64,000 bases of DNA. Origin: Podarcis pityusensis (lineage: Eukaryota). Position 1 is the stretch's first letter, and the number at the start of each line of letters is the position of its first letter. Positions 1 to 13,666 of the stretch are shown piece by piece. The stretch lies in the NCBI GenBank assembly GCA_964106645.2, contig OZ067043.1. The stretch is one strand, 5' to 3'. The notes beneath the pieces are model-generated. The model saw nothing but the letters and a program-made list of their open reading frames with translations. It had not been told where the DNA came from and made no database searches. Made by a program: the position numbers and the translations under genes.

Positions 1-1184
1 AGAAGTTTGATATATTTTGGCATAGGCAGATTTTAGCACAGCTTACTATTTCATGAATTGCATGGTGCCCCCCCTTTAAAAAGAGATAATTGAGGTTTGA
101 CTCTGTCATTCTGCATCTCTCTCCCCCTTGATGCCTGTAGATGGCTGCATTCACACTAGACTAGGATTCTCTAGTAAAGTTTCTCTGAGTGGAGAAAACA
201 GCATTCAAACCTCCTGAAGTGTAAATAAGACAAAACAAAACAAAGGCAGTTCATCTGGAAGCACTTTTGCTTGTCCTCTGCCTGCGGGGAGGAAAGCAGA
301 TCAAAGGATGATGGAATGAGCAGGGCCATGTGGGCCCACAGAGAAGGACCATTTGGAAGCAAAAAGCCCGCAGAAGAAACAAAAAGAAGATGCAACTGCG
401 TCAATTATCCCAGTGCTGATGATAAACACAAGGGGCGGGTTACATGGCCTTCTACACTGCACTGATTAGAGCTGGCAAGGAGGCCATTGGGCCCTCTGTT
501 TTCTGAAATGCTTATAGAAAGGATTTAAACTCCCCTCGTCCCTGTATGTTCCAAAGCATGCTAGGGCTTGTTCTAGGGTGTGTACTCCTTTCATATAGCG
601 CTCCAGCTAGGCCTCTTGGGCTGAAGTGTCAACCTATGTGAACCAAGTTTTCTCTAGAAAACTTGGATCTCACATGCAGCTGAACATTCTGGGGAAACTG
701 TACTGATTGCAGACCAGTTGACATTCCAGTGTTTGTCTGTCACAATTGATCTTCCCACAGATGAACTCTGGCAAGCTTCTCTGCAACCCCAGAGTTCCTC
801 AGATAGAGAGCCACTGGCTTAGTGGCTATTGGGAAAAGAGTGGCGATAGAAGAAGGCCCTTGCTTCCTTTCCCCACGAGAAATCTCTCTTATCCATTAGT
901 GTGAAGAGAAGAGAAGTGTTTTTAAAAGGGAAAATAGAGTTGATCGATCTTCCATTATTCTGTGGGGAAAGGAAAGATGCTGCCACTTAATTCTCATTTG
1001 TGTCTGGAATAGAGGCTAGAATCTTAATCTAAAACAAGCACCCTTTCTTTCATATCAGGTTAGTTTTCAAGCTAACAAAAACAACATTTAAAAGTTTTAC
1101 CTCATTTCTCATCCCATATTTTACTGGTAATGTAAATTTAGTGTTTCTTTATTTAGTATGGTTTTATCCTACCCAACTCCTTTC

Positions 1185-1366
1185 TTTAAGGAGTTCAGGG
1201 CTGTGTGCATGGTTCTTCCCCACCCTCATTTTATCCTTACCACAACCTTGCAGAGTAGGCTAGGCTCAGATAAAGTGAATGGCCCAAACAGCTTCATACC
1301 AAAGTAGAGATTTGTCTCTGGGTCTCCTTTGCCCTAGCTGGATCCTCTAACCACGCCTCACTGGCT
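1185..1366 (-). mobile_element. CORE/MIR-like tRNA-derived SINE, degenerate
   Basis: Contains ttttatccttaccacaaccttgcagagtaggctaggctcaga...ctctaaccac, the reverse complement of the SINE seen at 32199; boundaries approximate. Confidence 0.6.
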
Positions 1367-2497
1367 ATGTAAATGTGGAATACGTGCCCCGTTGTAATTG
1401 TTACTAAGGCAAGATGTGACATATATTTGGTGGTGGGAGAAGTGGACAGTTGTCAGGCAAAGTGCAATACCTTTTCCATCCCTTTCACTGCTTAAGCCAG
1501 TGGGTTTCCAAAATTTGTTTTCCCAGAATCCCTTGGACGGTGTGCTGAGAAGTTTCCAAGCATCCCGTCATGTGTCAGTAGTACCCTTTCCCAATTACCA
1601 TTAGGCAACCAGACTGCTTTCTCAAAACATAAAAAATGGAAATTGGCGGGGAAACACTTAAGTCTCCATGGTGAGACAAGAACGTTGTCATACGTCTTTA
1701 AAAAAACACCTCACAAAGTTTTGAAGGGAGAGTTGTATGAAGCAGCTGTGTTGGAATTCATTTGTAGATTTGACACTATCAGACTTGAGCTGAATAGAGA
1801 CAAAGTGACTACTGCAGAAATTAATTGTCTCTGGTTAGGTGTTTGCATCTCAGTATCTTTTGCTCTCTGGATTGGATTGCATTCACATTTGTGCTTTGTG
1901 TAGTAATAGGACTTATCTGTCTTGTGCATTGCTTGCATTCTGGACTCACTTTGCAGTGTGTATATTCACGTCAACTGAGGATAACCCCAAGTTTATAGAG
2001 GTGGGATTTGACCCCCAAGTTCATGACACAAAAATGTCTTTTATCTTAATGGCACCAAAATTCTTTGTTGTTACATGCAGACTTAAAACAGAGTTTATTT
2101 AGTGATAGCCGATAAGTTCTAGTAGTACTGTCACAGGCCTGGAGAACAGAGTTCAAGTCTTCACAGTGCTCACTTGGGTGGACTCGCTAGGCCTCACCAG
2201 CTTCACATGCAATTTTGAGGCATTGCTTTCATATCAGGGTTCAAAATTAGCGGGTGCCAGGTGCATTTTGCACCCAAAGATTCTCCATTTGCGAGCACCT
2301 AAAAAGTCTGGGTGCCAGTTTTTGAGCCTGGCTGACACACAAGAATTACTGAAATGTATGTGCTTTGAAGCCTTGAAGTAATTGTTAAGGATAGACAATA
2401 TAGAGTTTAACAATAAAGGGTAGAGTGTTTTGAAAACTGGAGTATGGTACCGATACTTTTATTGTCAACATCAAATTAAACTTGTATTAACAAGTTT

Positions 2498-2582
2498 ATC
2501 TTCAGTGTATCTGAAGAAGTGTGCATGCACAATAAAGTTCATACCAAGAACAAACTTAGTTGGTCTCTAAGGTCCTACTGGA
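2498..2582. mobile_element. Penelope-like element terminal fragment
   Basis: ctgaagaagtgtgcatgcac...aacaaacttagttggtctctaaggtcctactgg resembles the reptile Penelope terminal repeat as I recall it. Confidence 0.55.
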
Positions 2583-3195
2583 CATTTTTTTATCTATTTG
2601 TATTGACAATTTCTGCTAAAAATGTGATATTAACAATGTGTCACTTAACGTTAATTGTGTATTAATTCATGCTTAACAAAATAATAAATTAAAAGTGTTA
2701 CCAACCCCACCCCCTCCCAGTGGTGACTAGACATTCTGTTTTGGCGCTCACAACCCAGGTCCCAAAAGCCATTTGGCTCCTAGCTTGTCTAACCTAGCTT
2801 CTAACACTGCTTCATATGTACGCGTACCTGAAAGTCATTGAGGCTTACTTCTGAATAGACATGTATAGAATTGTGCTTTAAATGGGGTAAACACACGTGT
2901 CTGTCCCCAAGTTCCTGGGAGGAAAAGTATTTTCAGTCATCAAATGGGTGATTTTGGCTGGCTGGCAGTGCAAGTAGTCATGGCTGGAGACTTATTGAGT
3001 AATGCTTGCTGTTTATACCAGCCTTGTAAAAATCAGTTGTCTGACCAAATTTTAGAAACTGAAATAAGATACTGTCAGAGAGAGTTGACCTGACAATGAT
3101 GATGATGATACTGTAATTGCAAGTACCCTCTCAGTTGCTTGGTTATAAAAACAGCTACCACCAATTTTTTATCTCCAGTGAGCTTCTTGTTCTCC

Positions 3196-3428
3196 TAGAA
3201 TCATAGAATTGGAAGGGGCCTCAAAGGTCTCCTGGTGCAACCTTCTGCCACTGCAGCAAATCCTCTACAATGCCATCTCTAATTGGTGGCTATCTAGTCT
3301 CTGCTTAAACCTCTCATGCATCCATCACTTCTCAAGGCAGGCCTGTTTGGATGCTGTTCCGCTCATAGCATCTGGATGTTCCTCCTGTTGTTTAGTCTAA
3401 ATCCCCTTCCTTGTTATTTGAACCCATC
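3196..3428 (-). mobile_element. CR1 LINE 3' fragment
   Basis: Begins tagaatcatagaattggaagggg, the reverse complement of the CR1 (ATTCTATG)n tail and 3' UTR. Confidence 0.75.
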
Positions 3429-5899
3429 TCAGCATACTTAGTGTCAGAGGAAGCAGTTGATAATACCAGGTCATATGAACTGGCTATAAATGAGTGTTCA
3501 CATATTCATTTTAATTAACAGGTTTATCACCTTGGCTTCCATCACTGGCTAAGTGGCAGTGAGCTATGATAACTGATAACATGATAATTGATAATAGTGT
3601 CACGAAGAGTATCAAGATAATTGGTATACCCTTCAAGGAGTACACTGCTATCAGCCAAGTGCTGTGTATTACATTACCATTAGTCATGCTTAGGCTCATG
3701 TTGACATTGTTCAGTAGTTCTCCGAGTTCAGTAGTTCTCTAGTTAACCATTACTGTTCAGGGCAATATTCAATGTGAAGATTGGCTTTTGGAAGATACAG
3801 GTTAGAAATACTGGGCAACAATTTCGAGTTCCAATATATATTTGACAAAAAATCGAGAAAAACATTGATAGATTAGTGTGGTGCTGTGGGTAAAATATTT
3901 TTAGTGACTACAAGCTTGCTCCTTTTTTTTTTTTTAAACCACAGATCCAAAACTGCTCTGTGGTAAAGTTCCTTTGTGGAAATACCAGAGAAGGTATCAT
4001 TTATTTTCTGCTTTCTGCACACTTGATTTTTTACATTTTTTACATTTCTTTGGCACACATACAAATTCTTTATACACCCATGTTTTGCAATAGGAACCCA
4101 CTTTTCGGGTATGACAGTGTTTTAATCACATGTGCTAGGCATTCCTGTGGTCCCGCTAAGATGGCAGCCACTATGTAGAACTTATACCAGTGTAACTAGC
4201 TGGTACCCTTTGTTGCTCAATCTAAAAACACAATAGTGACAGGGAGGGTGAGAGATGCAGTGTAACAACTATGAAGATCATTTGAAAAGATCCCTAGCAA
4301 TTCTGTCATCACCCACCAAATACACATCACTCCCAATAACACCCATGGGTTACCCATGTTTTGTGATGGCACAAACACTTCTCCTATGCACAAGCACAGC
4401 ATCAATACCTTTTACAGAACAGGTGATGTCTCCTGTAGCTACAAGGTCTCTCTGAGGCTGTGCTCAGCTAGAACCCCTGTGAGGTGGTTTCCCCTCTGCT
4501 GCATTTCCAAGTTTATATCTCCCACTGCTGTTCACATTCACCTGATTTCTTTCCCCAGTGTTGCAGAAGGTTTTATCTGTGCATTTGCTGTCTCCTGTGT
4601 ATGCTCTAAAGCCCCCTGATCTGTTCACACCACAATGGAATGACTGCTTCCATTTTCAAATCACATGGAACCTGGATTGAGTGCATCAAAGATAAATATT
4701 TCTCTAAAGGCAATAGTATGTGGATAGATTGCAGTTAACGTTGTGTGAACTTGTCTTAAAAAATGGTGGTGGGAGCATGCTAGAGGCGCAGCAAACAGTG
4801 ATGTGAAAACACCTTAAGGTAGGAGACCAAATTCCCAGGAAGCCTAAGTTGTAGCCTGCAAACAACCACTATTTTTTCAGAGAGAATACCAGGGCCACAC
4901 AAGGAAAGGTTTAACCATCCCGGCAAGCTACATGGAAGTAGCTGGAATATTCTGAACAGAAAACCCATAGCTGACACTAGGAGGAATGCTTGAAGCGTGC
5001 GTATCTTAATACGAAAAAGCAAATGGAAAGAAGTTAGGTGTCATTTGGTGTGGATTGCCTTCCGTGATTCACTTATCTTGGATACATTGAGCTGCTTTGT
5101 CAGTGGTATGTTCTCAAACCAGCCTGTTCTGGCAGGAACTGGTTGGAGTTGTAGCCCAGGACATCTGGAGGCCTCCATGTTTAGGGAGGCTAACATAAAC
5201 TAGCATGATAGCAATTGTCATTCCATTTGAGTACTCTGTCCTTGAAAAGTGACTAATGCTGGGCACTTCAAAGGATGTATTTAGGTAAGATGTTTATAAA
5301 CTATGCTTCTGGGAAAGAGATGAATTCCCAAGCTGTTATGTTTGGTTTCACCCTTTTGAGTAGATAGTCTATGAATTCAAGTTTATTGATCAAGTAGTCA
5401 GTTGACAAAGAGAATGGACAATAGGTCTATTCTGTTCCTTAAAAACAGTATCCAGTGTGTGTTATTTCAGATTGAATTGTAACAGTAGCCAGAATCTGAC
5501 TGTGGAAACACATCATAGATTTGATTGTATCCCCTCCCCCCGCTCCATTGAGTCTTATGAGAGATCATTTTCTTTACCCTGGCTCTGAATGGCACAACAT
5601 TTAGCTGTGGTTGCAGGTGAGAAGGAGGTTTGAAGGGTATAGGATTCAGTCCTCCTCCAACCTGTCCACTCCTCCAGTCTGTAGCTTTATGTCCGCAGAA
5701 TGGCACTGATGAAGCAGATATACTGGCATACTGCTCACATACCACAGTAGTGCTGATGTGACTTAGTTTCTACCAGTTTTACTTGGTTCTGCTAGTATAG
5801 CAGAGTTTCTGCCATATCTTATAAGGCAGACAATAGGCAGACAGTTCTAAAGCATAGGTGGCTCCTCAAGTATGTGAATGAACAGTATATGACACTTGT

Positions 5900-6330
5900 A
5901 GAAGTGCATATTCCACAGATCAAAGTGGTCAAGCAGGCATGTATGAGACAAGGTGACCCTTCAAATAAACTCTTCCTAAGTCGTTAATAGTAAAACTTTG
6001 AACTTGGCCAAGTAGCAAAATGGCTGCCAATGCAGAACTTTGACCAAAGATGCAATATGCTGATAGGATCTCACTCCTACCCATGCAAAATGGTGCAGCA
6101 TCATTATGTAATGCAGTTTCTGGACCAACCACAGTGGAAGTTCACATAGAGTGTGTTGAGTAATCTAACTTTGAAGTTACCAATGCCTGGACGACTGTGA
6201 TCAAGCGATCCCAGAAGCAGTCACAGTTGATGTACTAGCCTAAGCTGGTAAAAGGCTGTCCAATCCCCAAGGCCACCTGGGTCTTCAGTGACAAAGTTGG
6301 TTTCAAGAGCACTCCCAGACTGCAAATTTG
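5900..6330 (-). mobile_element. L2-clade LINE ORF2 C-terminal fragment, degenerate
   Basis: Minus strand reads about SLGVLL...AFYQLRLVHQL...TVVQALVTSKLDY, typical of the L2 post-RT region, with frameshifts. Confidence 0.7.
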
Positions 6331-8559
6331 CTTCTTCACATCTGATTTCTGACACTAGGACTGTACAAGTCAAGGTTATTAATAGTAGTTATAATTTATG
6401 GTAAAGTCAGTAGTCCTCCTGGAGCCAGGTGATGTTTCAAAAACAAAACAAACTCTGTATTTGAATGTACGTCCTATGGAGACAAAATTCTATTGCCATA
6501 AAGAATGGCCCCAGGATTGCTGCCAATTTTGGTACAGTGACAAAATGTCACAGAATATACATTGTAGGAATTTAATATTTAATTGAAGGACATTTTTAAA
6601 AAGACCTATAATAAATACGGTAAAATATGCTATGTGCATGAAAATAAACATTTAAATATCCTGAGATACTTTTACCACTGTACATCCCCGATCACATAGT
6701 GTAGCCAAGACAACCTTCTTGTTGAAAACTTTGTGTGAATTTGAGAGCTAAAAGGATTATTGTCAAAGTAACTGTAAAATCTAGGCCTTTTGAAACCATC
6801 TTGATTCTTTCAGAGACAGTCTCATCGGCTTTATTTGAAGGATAATGCCTTTCACTGCCATTTTCTGGGTGGTCTGCACACCACTTAAAATCATATGGGT
6901 TAAATTATACAATGGGTTTTAGAAGAAGGGGGTGGTGGTGAGGTTTCTGGTAAAGCCTCCAATATATATTGCTTACACCACGGCCCTAGATGCATACATT
7001 AACTCTTAACAATATATAAATAAATGTCTAAACATTCTAAGTATTGTGACGAATACTTAGCTGTCAGAGAAGATAGATGAGGCCCCTATAGAGTATAACT
7101 ACCATGGATAAAAGCTCAGGATTGAAAAGAGCAAGAGAGTAAGTGAGCACTTCTGTTTTAATAATAACTTGGCTCTTTAGTGCTAATGAATCATGAGTAC
7201 TGGAGGGTTATGTGTAGGGTAATATATACAAATGGATCGTATTAAAACAAATGCAGACAAATTGTAAGCAAACCTAATCCTCCATCAGCCATTCCTCTTA
7301 TTGTTCATTAACTTCTTAACTGACACTCTAAAAGCATTTATTGCCAGTTTGTCAGCCGAGAGAACGTTTCTGGTAGGTTACTGATTTCATAATCATGTTT
7401 TTATAATGTAGAAAACGTACCAATTTTCTGCAACCCAAACAAGTGAAAAAATACAACTGTGGCTTAAAGTTAAAAAAATGATTACTATGTTAAATTTTAA
7501 TACTGTTTACTAAAACCTTAGACTTTATTCTTTAAAATTCAGAGTTGTCTGTCATTTGGAAGGGTATTTCCATCAAAGTCCTTCCCCCTCTTTAATAGTA
7601 GGGAGCAAAGTCAGTATTGTGGGAGAGATTTAAGGAATAATGATGGGCTTACCCAGTAATAGAAAGATTCTCTGAGAAATCATGTTTCTGCTGCCTAGAG
7701 AATATAATACAAAGCTTGAGAGATGGGGAAAAGAGTATTATTGGCAACATATATAAAATAAGTAATTATGAAACATTTTGTTATGATATATGATATGATG
7801 AGGTGCGAAGGACTTGAAGTCAGGAAAGTTAATTCTGCTTTTCAAAATATACAGCAGCAGCAGAACTATGTAATTAATATCCACTCTCCGACAGCCTTCA
7901 TGAAAATGACCTTGATTTATTCTACTCCAGCTAAGATGCTTTTCAAATTACCGTACTTCCAGTTCCTCTCTGCTTCTGCATCAGACCTTGATATGCTAGG
8001 GATGCTTTCTTCTCTGACAGTATTCCCACTTGGCTTCTGGTGATTTCAACATTCATGTTGATAAACTCTCTGAAACAATGTAAGGGGTCTTAAAAATGGA
8101 ACCCTAGGCTCTAATACTTTGCCTTCTGTACCACCAAGGCAGCATGTCTCCTGAAGGAATGACAGTCTGAATTGTGCTATCCAAATGTGGAGCATCGACA
8201 ACATTACAAGCCTCTGGTTAGGTGACTCAGGGAGACTGCAGCTCCACCTTGTCCTATAAATCTTCAGCTCTGGAGACAGTTTTTCAATCTGTGTAGCATC
8301 TCGCAGCAAAAAGGCCCTGCTCACCACACTTACCCCACACTCTGCCTGTGGAATGCGACTGTTTACTTTCCTCAAGATGAGCTGCTTTCTTCTAACATTT
8401 GGCTCATAAGCTGTTGCCTCTGGAACTTCGCTTTTTCTTTTCTTTTTTACTTGTCCTAGAGATTGCGCTGCTTGCTTCTAGCCCCATCACACTAATGGCT
8501 TTCTCACTCCTGACCTTTGGGGATCTGAACTTTTTACAACTTGCATTCCTGCTGCTCGG

Positions 8560-8850
8560 TGGACCCTGACATAGAGTCGTCTTCTGTCCCCAGCTGCTCC
8601 CTTTCACTTCCACTGTTGGAGTAAATACTCCTCTCAATGGCATGAACATTGTCTTGCTCTTGCTTCCTCTAAGAATTGCTCCTCAAAGAATTTCTCACTG
8701 TTGCTCCGGAATTTATCCTGACAATCACCTTTTCAGTATCTCCATTATATCTTCTTTCCCCAAATCTATTGAGGTTCCTTGAGGTTTTCGCCTTGGTTGT
8801 TTTCTAGTCTCTCTTTACCCACAGCTTTGAGTGCCATCTATGTGCTGATC
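8560..8850 (+). mobile_element. Very old L2-like RT remnant
   Basis: gaggttccttgaggtttt and cacagctttgagtgccatctatgtgctgat resemble decayed GVPQGS and HLYADD motifs. Confidence 0.4.
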
Positions 8851-10168
8851 ACTTTAATCACTTCCGGGGTGACTGTTTAAAGATTCTTAAGCCAATCTAG
8901 GATCTAGGTCAGCCTGCTGCCCTTTACACATTATCCACTATTGGGAGTTAGCTGGCATTGGTCTGTGAACTCCTTTCTTGCTACTTGACAGGTGACTTTC
9001 AACCCAAAACTTATTTCTGCTGTTCCATATGGACTAGTAGCATGTCCCCCGCCTTTGAGCAAGGACTTGTGGAAGGCAAGAACTTCCTTTCAACTATAAA
9101 AAAGTCAACAAAGGATAGTTAAAGAAACCAAGATAGTTCAGGAAAAGAAGGCACATTATTGGCACATTAAAAAGAGACATACAAGCATTCTAATTAATTA
9201 CTATTAAAAGGGAATCAAAGCTACTATCTTAAAGCATACAAGAGAATAGTGACTTCACATGTAATTATATAGAACAAAAACAACAACAACAATGATTCAA
9301 GATGGCGGCACGGCAGGGAACTGCATAAAGAGACTCAGCGTTGCTCCTTCCACTTCCACTTCCGGGTCACCACGATGCATGAGTGCAGGGTCGCACATCA
9401 GTTGAACACATATAAATCGGTCATTGCCTGTAGTTTCAGATGGCCTTCGTTTGATTTAAGCTGCAGAGGAAATAGTGTCTCTTTGGTGCAAAGTTATTCT
9501 GTAGGACGTTGCTAAATGTGCAGCCCCATTAAAAAAAACCAACATACACAAGTTCATCTGTTTGCTGAAGATTTGCTAGGATATGCAGGGAGAGATAACT
9601 GAGAGGGGCAACCTCTTTGATACATATTTCAGAAGTAGCTCTTAGTAATTTTACATGCAGCAACTTGTATAAGTCTGCTTGTGAGAAGGGTCAGGAAGTG
9701 TCACTGTTGTATAAACAAGCCACCAGTGCAGGCTTAACTGTAGCTCTAAGGAAGGTGTTAGCATTGTATCATATGGAAAGAAACAGCTGATAGATAGCAG
9801 GCATTCCCATAGATCTCCTGTTTGTAATTCAACCTGTCATCAGATAGGGGATGAGGCTGCTTCCTAAATCCAACTATGAGTTAAGAGATGATATCAGATA
9901 CAGCTTGGCAATGGAACATACAAAATAGTTTCTGGAGAGGATATAATAAAATTTCTGTGATTGTAGCAAACTCCCTAGTTTGAATTATACAGGACAATGG
10001 CTAGCAGTATCAAGCCACTTAGGAAGCTATGGGTGACAATAGAGGATATGTTTATTAGAGTTTTGTGAATGACAAACCAGGACTATAGATTGGAAGGGTA
10101 TGTTTGTCTCTTGTTGTGCTAAATTCTTTGCAGCTCTCCAAAGTCTGCTGTTTTAAATTAACAAATGA

Positions 10169-10212
10169 ATTATTATTATTATTATTATTATTGTTGTTGT
10201 TGTTGTTGTTAA

Positions 10213-10252
<40 letters not shown>
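10169..10252 (+). repeat. Compound (ATT)n/(GTT)n microsatellite
   Basis: Seen directly; it produces the poly-Leu ORF 10104..10370. Confidence 0.95.
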
Positions 10253-12978
10253 GGAATCATGCAGTTTTAACTCCTGCTACATCAACTGTCATTATATAAG
10301 TGCTGGCTTAATTTATGCATGTTTTGAATACAATTTTATAGCATACAAATTTTACAGCTGGCATCAATAAAGCATGCTCTGAAGCGTTTTTTAATTCTCA
10401 ACCAGTGAGGAGGCAAGGAGTGGGGTGGAGGAGAGAACATCAGAGAGAGTTTAGCATTAAAAGGAGCTTTTAAAGCTCAAGGGGTATATGCAAATCAGTA
10501 AGCTGTCTCTGAGGAAATGGAGAGATTCACTGATGTTATGAAGAAATATTGTCAATAGGACCAGCAGCATTTGATGTGCTTTTTACACATGGGTATAAAT
10601 ATGCAAACAGGTGTTATCCATGTATGCATAGTAACCAAACTCTGGCTCCCAGATCCCATTGTTAGTGCAAGGGATAGCAGCCATCTTGGCAGGAATGTGC
10701 CATGACTTAATATTTTGGGAGCAAGAAGGGAAAGGGGGAGAATAGAGGAGAGAGTAGGGATGGGAAAGCACTTTTGTTTGTTGGGCCATATCAAAAGATG
10801 GCCACCCCTCTGCTAATCCCTCGTGCCCATTTTAAGGGGTGCACAAGGAGTTTAGCGCTCTGAATGCAGTGTTGCACCAGTCATATGCTATAGCTTCTGC
10901 TTGAATCACATAAACTAGAGTAATGTGTTGCAGTGGGCTATTAAGTATATTGTTTGGTTTATTCTAATAATAATACATGACAATACATGATTTGTATTGT
11001 CAAGAGGGCTAACAGATTTATCTCGCATGTATGCCAAGTTGGTGCTATCAGCCAGATCTACTAATATATATGACAATTTTCCTACTGAGAAAAACTGATT
11101 CTGCAGCTTTGGTATTTTCCAATAAAATGTGGAGGATAGAATACTTTATATTTCATAGTGTAAAGGGGAAAAACTCACCCAAAAGCAATTGGTTTGTGGA
11201 GGGGAAAACAGAGAAACCTCCTCAGCATTACCTCCTCACTGACAATTGAGACCAATTTAATGGTGTTAGACTCATAGCTTAGTTGGGACTATTAGCAGTC
11301 CTCTGGTGTGTTAGTAATAAATCATTCTACAATGCCAATTAGGTATAATTCTACAAGTCATTTCATTTGAACAACATTCTGTTAAAAACTATGTTCCTTG
11401 GAGACCTGTAATTGAGCTGTAGTATTTGATGGAAACAATTGAGGCAAAGTCACTTCTCTTATCAGTGTAGGGCTCATTATTCATGTAAGGAAGTAAATCA
11501 TGATGAAATGACCTGTTATTAATAGTTAGGAAGGACATTTGTCAGTCTCGGAGACTAATGAACAGGCCAATTATGTATTTCAGGAATCCATACACAAATT
11601 GAGTTGTGTTTTCAGGTTCCTTTAGGTGGAATATTGTGTGTGTAAGTAAGGGGTGATTGAGGGTGTTGAAAGGCAGCCACTTAGACATTACTAATTAAAG
11701 AACTTTATCTGCCTCCGAAGGCAAGAATGCATTAAAATATGATATTGAACATTTTGCTGTGAGCTGTAAATTGTTAAAAGATTATTCTCTTTCTTGATTT
11801 AGCCTGCAAGCTGGAGGTAGCTTCTTGAAAGAATTATGAAGAAAACTTGAAATCTGCTCTCTCTCACATACACATGTATACACAAATATACATATATAAT
11901 TATGCACACACACAACCACGCACACGCAATATCTTGGGATTTCTGTTTCTGGTTCCTGTTTTTAACAGGTTGCTTACAGATGTGGCTCCATGTAAAACAG
12001 GATGTGTAAAAGGAAGCCAGTTAAAGAAGAGGCACATCCTGTTTTAGGGGTAAAGAGCTACTGTTTCCGTTTTGGCACAACAGCAGCTATTCCACTTATG
12101 CAGATGATGCTACTCTATGTGTCCCCTTACTGCAAATTAGCATAGGGGAATAGTGCTCTGGTTCATAGCACTGATGGCCGAGAAAAACACTATCTGGAGA
12201 ATACACTGAGTGTCAAGCATGATAATAGAATTGTATTCTGCGTACTGCAAAACTACATTTACATACGGGTTTTCAATACGTATAGTAAAGACGTATTGAG
12301 AACATTTATACACACATCTGGTTTGGGGGCCCCTAGAATGTAACTCTTATTATATTTCTAAACTGTTTCATCACAGTTAATACGGCACTAGAATTATGTG
12401 TAGGTTTTCAGCAAATCTCTATCATGCATCCTTCAAGGGACCATAACATATAGGTCTTCTAGATCAGTTTTTTCATTGTGGATGAGTGCATTTTTGGGAC
12501 TCCGTAAATATGCCTGTGGAAAATTTCAATTTTATTACCACCATGACAAAAGGATATCTTATCAGCCTAAATTTACAATGCTACTAGAATACAATAGGTT
12601 AGCTTAACTACTGCTTTGTTCTGGCACATATATGGTGTTGGAGGTCAGATGAGAGCCATGCCATCCTCATGTACTACATTAGCCAAAATCAGTTAACCAG
12701 TTGTATATGTATTAATTGGAAGTTTAGTTCCTTTGATATCAGTATCGGGATGTTCGATTTCGATTAGTTTGATCTGGTTTTAGAGTTAAAGCTGAATTGA
12801 AAAATGTGCAGGTGGCCCCTCAGAAATGAAAACTCAATGCAGTGCAAAAAAAAAGTATATTAAATGCTCTGTAGCAGATTGGGTTCCTTTAGCAGAAGCC
12901 AACACAATAACTCTTGGTAGCACAGGGGAGCTTCTCTCCTTCTCTTCCTCCTGTGCTTCCACCATATTCACTCTGGAG

Positions 12979-13114
12979 CAGGCATAGGCAGACTCGGCCC
13001 TCCAGATGTTTTTGGCCTACAATTCCTATGATCCCTAGCTAACAGGGCCATTGGTCAGGGATGATGGGAATTGTAGTCCCAAAACATCTGAAGGGCCGAC
13101 TTTGCCTATGCCTG
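12979..13114. mobile_element. hAT-type MITE, 136 bp, near-palindromic
   Basis: TIR caggcataggca/tgcctatgcctg; perfect 8-bp TSD ctctggag (12971-12978, 13115-13122). Confidence 0.92.
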
Positions 13115-13517
13115 CTCTGGAGTGTGAAGAAAATCCCCAGGACAATGGGAGAGGGGAGGAGATGAGGCTCCTTCCATCAGGGAAGCAGAAATGTTTGTGT
13201 TAATGGAGTAATATCATTAGCACAACTCTGAATATTCCCGCCGCGCCCCCCGCCCCAAATATGTGTCGTCCCAGATTATTTCATCTTTTTCATAAATTTG
13301 ACCATTTGTCTTTAAACTGTTCATATTAACACTAGCTGTTCATAATAGCAAAATAAAGAAGCTTTTCTTTATGGTAAATATTGTGGGTGGGATCTTGGGT
13401 ATGTTGCTTTCTTTTAGGCATTTCTTTTGGGGCATTTCATAACAAGTATACAGTATATATGCACACCCAAAAGCAACTTTGATTGACTGATTTATTTATT
13501 TTCTTTAAATTGTTTAG

Positions 13518-13666
13518 CTTGCAAAAAAGATCCGGGAAAAATTTAACCGGTATTTGGATGTGGTAAATCGGAACAAGCATGTAGTGGAAGCTTCATACAC
13601 TGCTCATCTGACATCACCTCTGACTGCAATTCAAGACTGCTGCACCATTCCGCCGTCTATGATGGA
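13518..13666 (+). CDS. CACHD1: CACHD1 coding exon (~exon 3), 149 nt
   Basis: tttag|CTTGCA...ATGATGGA|gtaagt; [49 protein letters not shown](E). Confidence 0.96.

Noticed and set aside
4780-5022. ORF with AFLLVSAMGFLFRIFQLL, faintly like a DIRS/Ngaro tyrosine recombinase motif
   Set aside because: Too weak to support without a profile search.
10104-10370. Poly-leucine membrane-protein-like ORF
   Set aside because: It is the translation of the (ATT/GTT)n microsatellite.
1-13517. Search for CACHD1 exons 1-2 (signal peptide; RIFNSFVYTEKISNGESEVQQ) and its promoter
   Set aside because: Not found by eye and there is no CpG island; these are presumably upstream of the window.
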